The translations under genes were made by a program, and so were the position numbers. Shown one piece after another: positions 52,283 through 52,361 of a stretch of 52,361 nt of DNA. Origin of the DNA: an uncultured bacterium. Its GTDB lineage: Bacteria; Fidelibacterota; Marinisomatia; Marinisomatales; CAZVFT01. The stretch is from NCBI GenBank assembly GCA_964626495.1, contig CAZVFT010000004.1, positions 1-52,361 on the forward strand, read 5' to 3'. How positions within the stretch are numbered: the stretch's first letter is position 1; every line of letters starts with the position of its first letter. The notes beneath the pieces are model-generated. The model was given only the letters and a program-made list of their open reading frames with translations, did no database searches and was not told the origin of the DNA.

Positions 52283-52361
52283 CCGAAGGCCGATTTCATC
52301 AGGGTTAACCCTGACACTGATCCTGAAGCTTCGGGATGGGTTCGTGTGAATTGCAAATGTG

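Overview
52.4-kb chromosomal window from an AT-rich (by eye, not computed) Gram-negative bacterium. I call about 45 protein-coding genes. I found no rRNA, tRNA, CRISPR array, transposase, integrase or reverse transcriptase. Layout: (i) 0.06-4.0 kb, minus strand: sppA (unusual N-terminal extension), queG, a Nudix hydrolase. (ii) 4.0-23.2 kb, the accessory-looking part. It holds a structured non-coding stretch, a secreted TPR protein resembling eukaryotic RMD proteins, an MNT nucleotidyltransferase with a decayed HEPN partner, and two envelope proteins. It then holds a six-gene plus-strand surface/outer-membrane locus: two large proteins with T9SS-type C-terminal sorting domains, a BNR-propeller lipoprotein, a TonB-dependent receptor translationally coupled to a PorV-like barrel, and an NHL lipoprotein. 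This locus faces a convergent secreted EEP+lamin-tail nuclease that also carries a T9SS sorting domain. (iii) 23.5-52.3 kb: dense minus-strand housekeeping operons, many with overlapping stop/start codons. These are gmhB-ddl-upxY-like-cysS, ftsK-lolA-like-UPF0104-TPR/CsgG-like, gcvT, DUF1015-serA-serC, yebC-ruvC-ruvA, batABCDE+SPOR, tatA, psd-pssA, htrA, truA, ecfT and lnt. The organism combines T9SS sorting domains with strong Shine-Dalgarno sites and several TTG/GTG starts. This suggests a non-Bacteroidetes member of the FCB group (Marinimicrobia/Calditrichota/Ignavibacteria-like), which is inference only. The longer intergenic spacers (4.0-4.3, 23.2-23.6, 33.1-33.4, 36.7-37.3, 39.1-39.6, 45.3-45.6, 52.2-52.36 kb) share an odd style: short words stuttered 2-4 times, plus isolated GC-rich hairpins mostly with 4-nt loops. 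One 20-mer recurs 16 kb apart. My top candidate for an undescribed system is the T9SS-cargo / TonB receptor / PorV-like / NHL / BNR locus with its nuclease neighbour. Next are the PorV-motif beta-barrel::SppA fusion and the structured RNA candidates. All family assignments come from motif recognition by eye and need HMM or BLAST confirmation.
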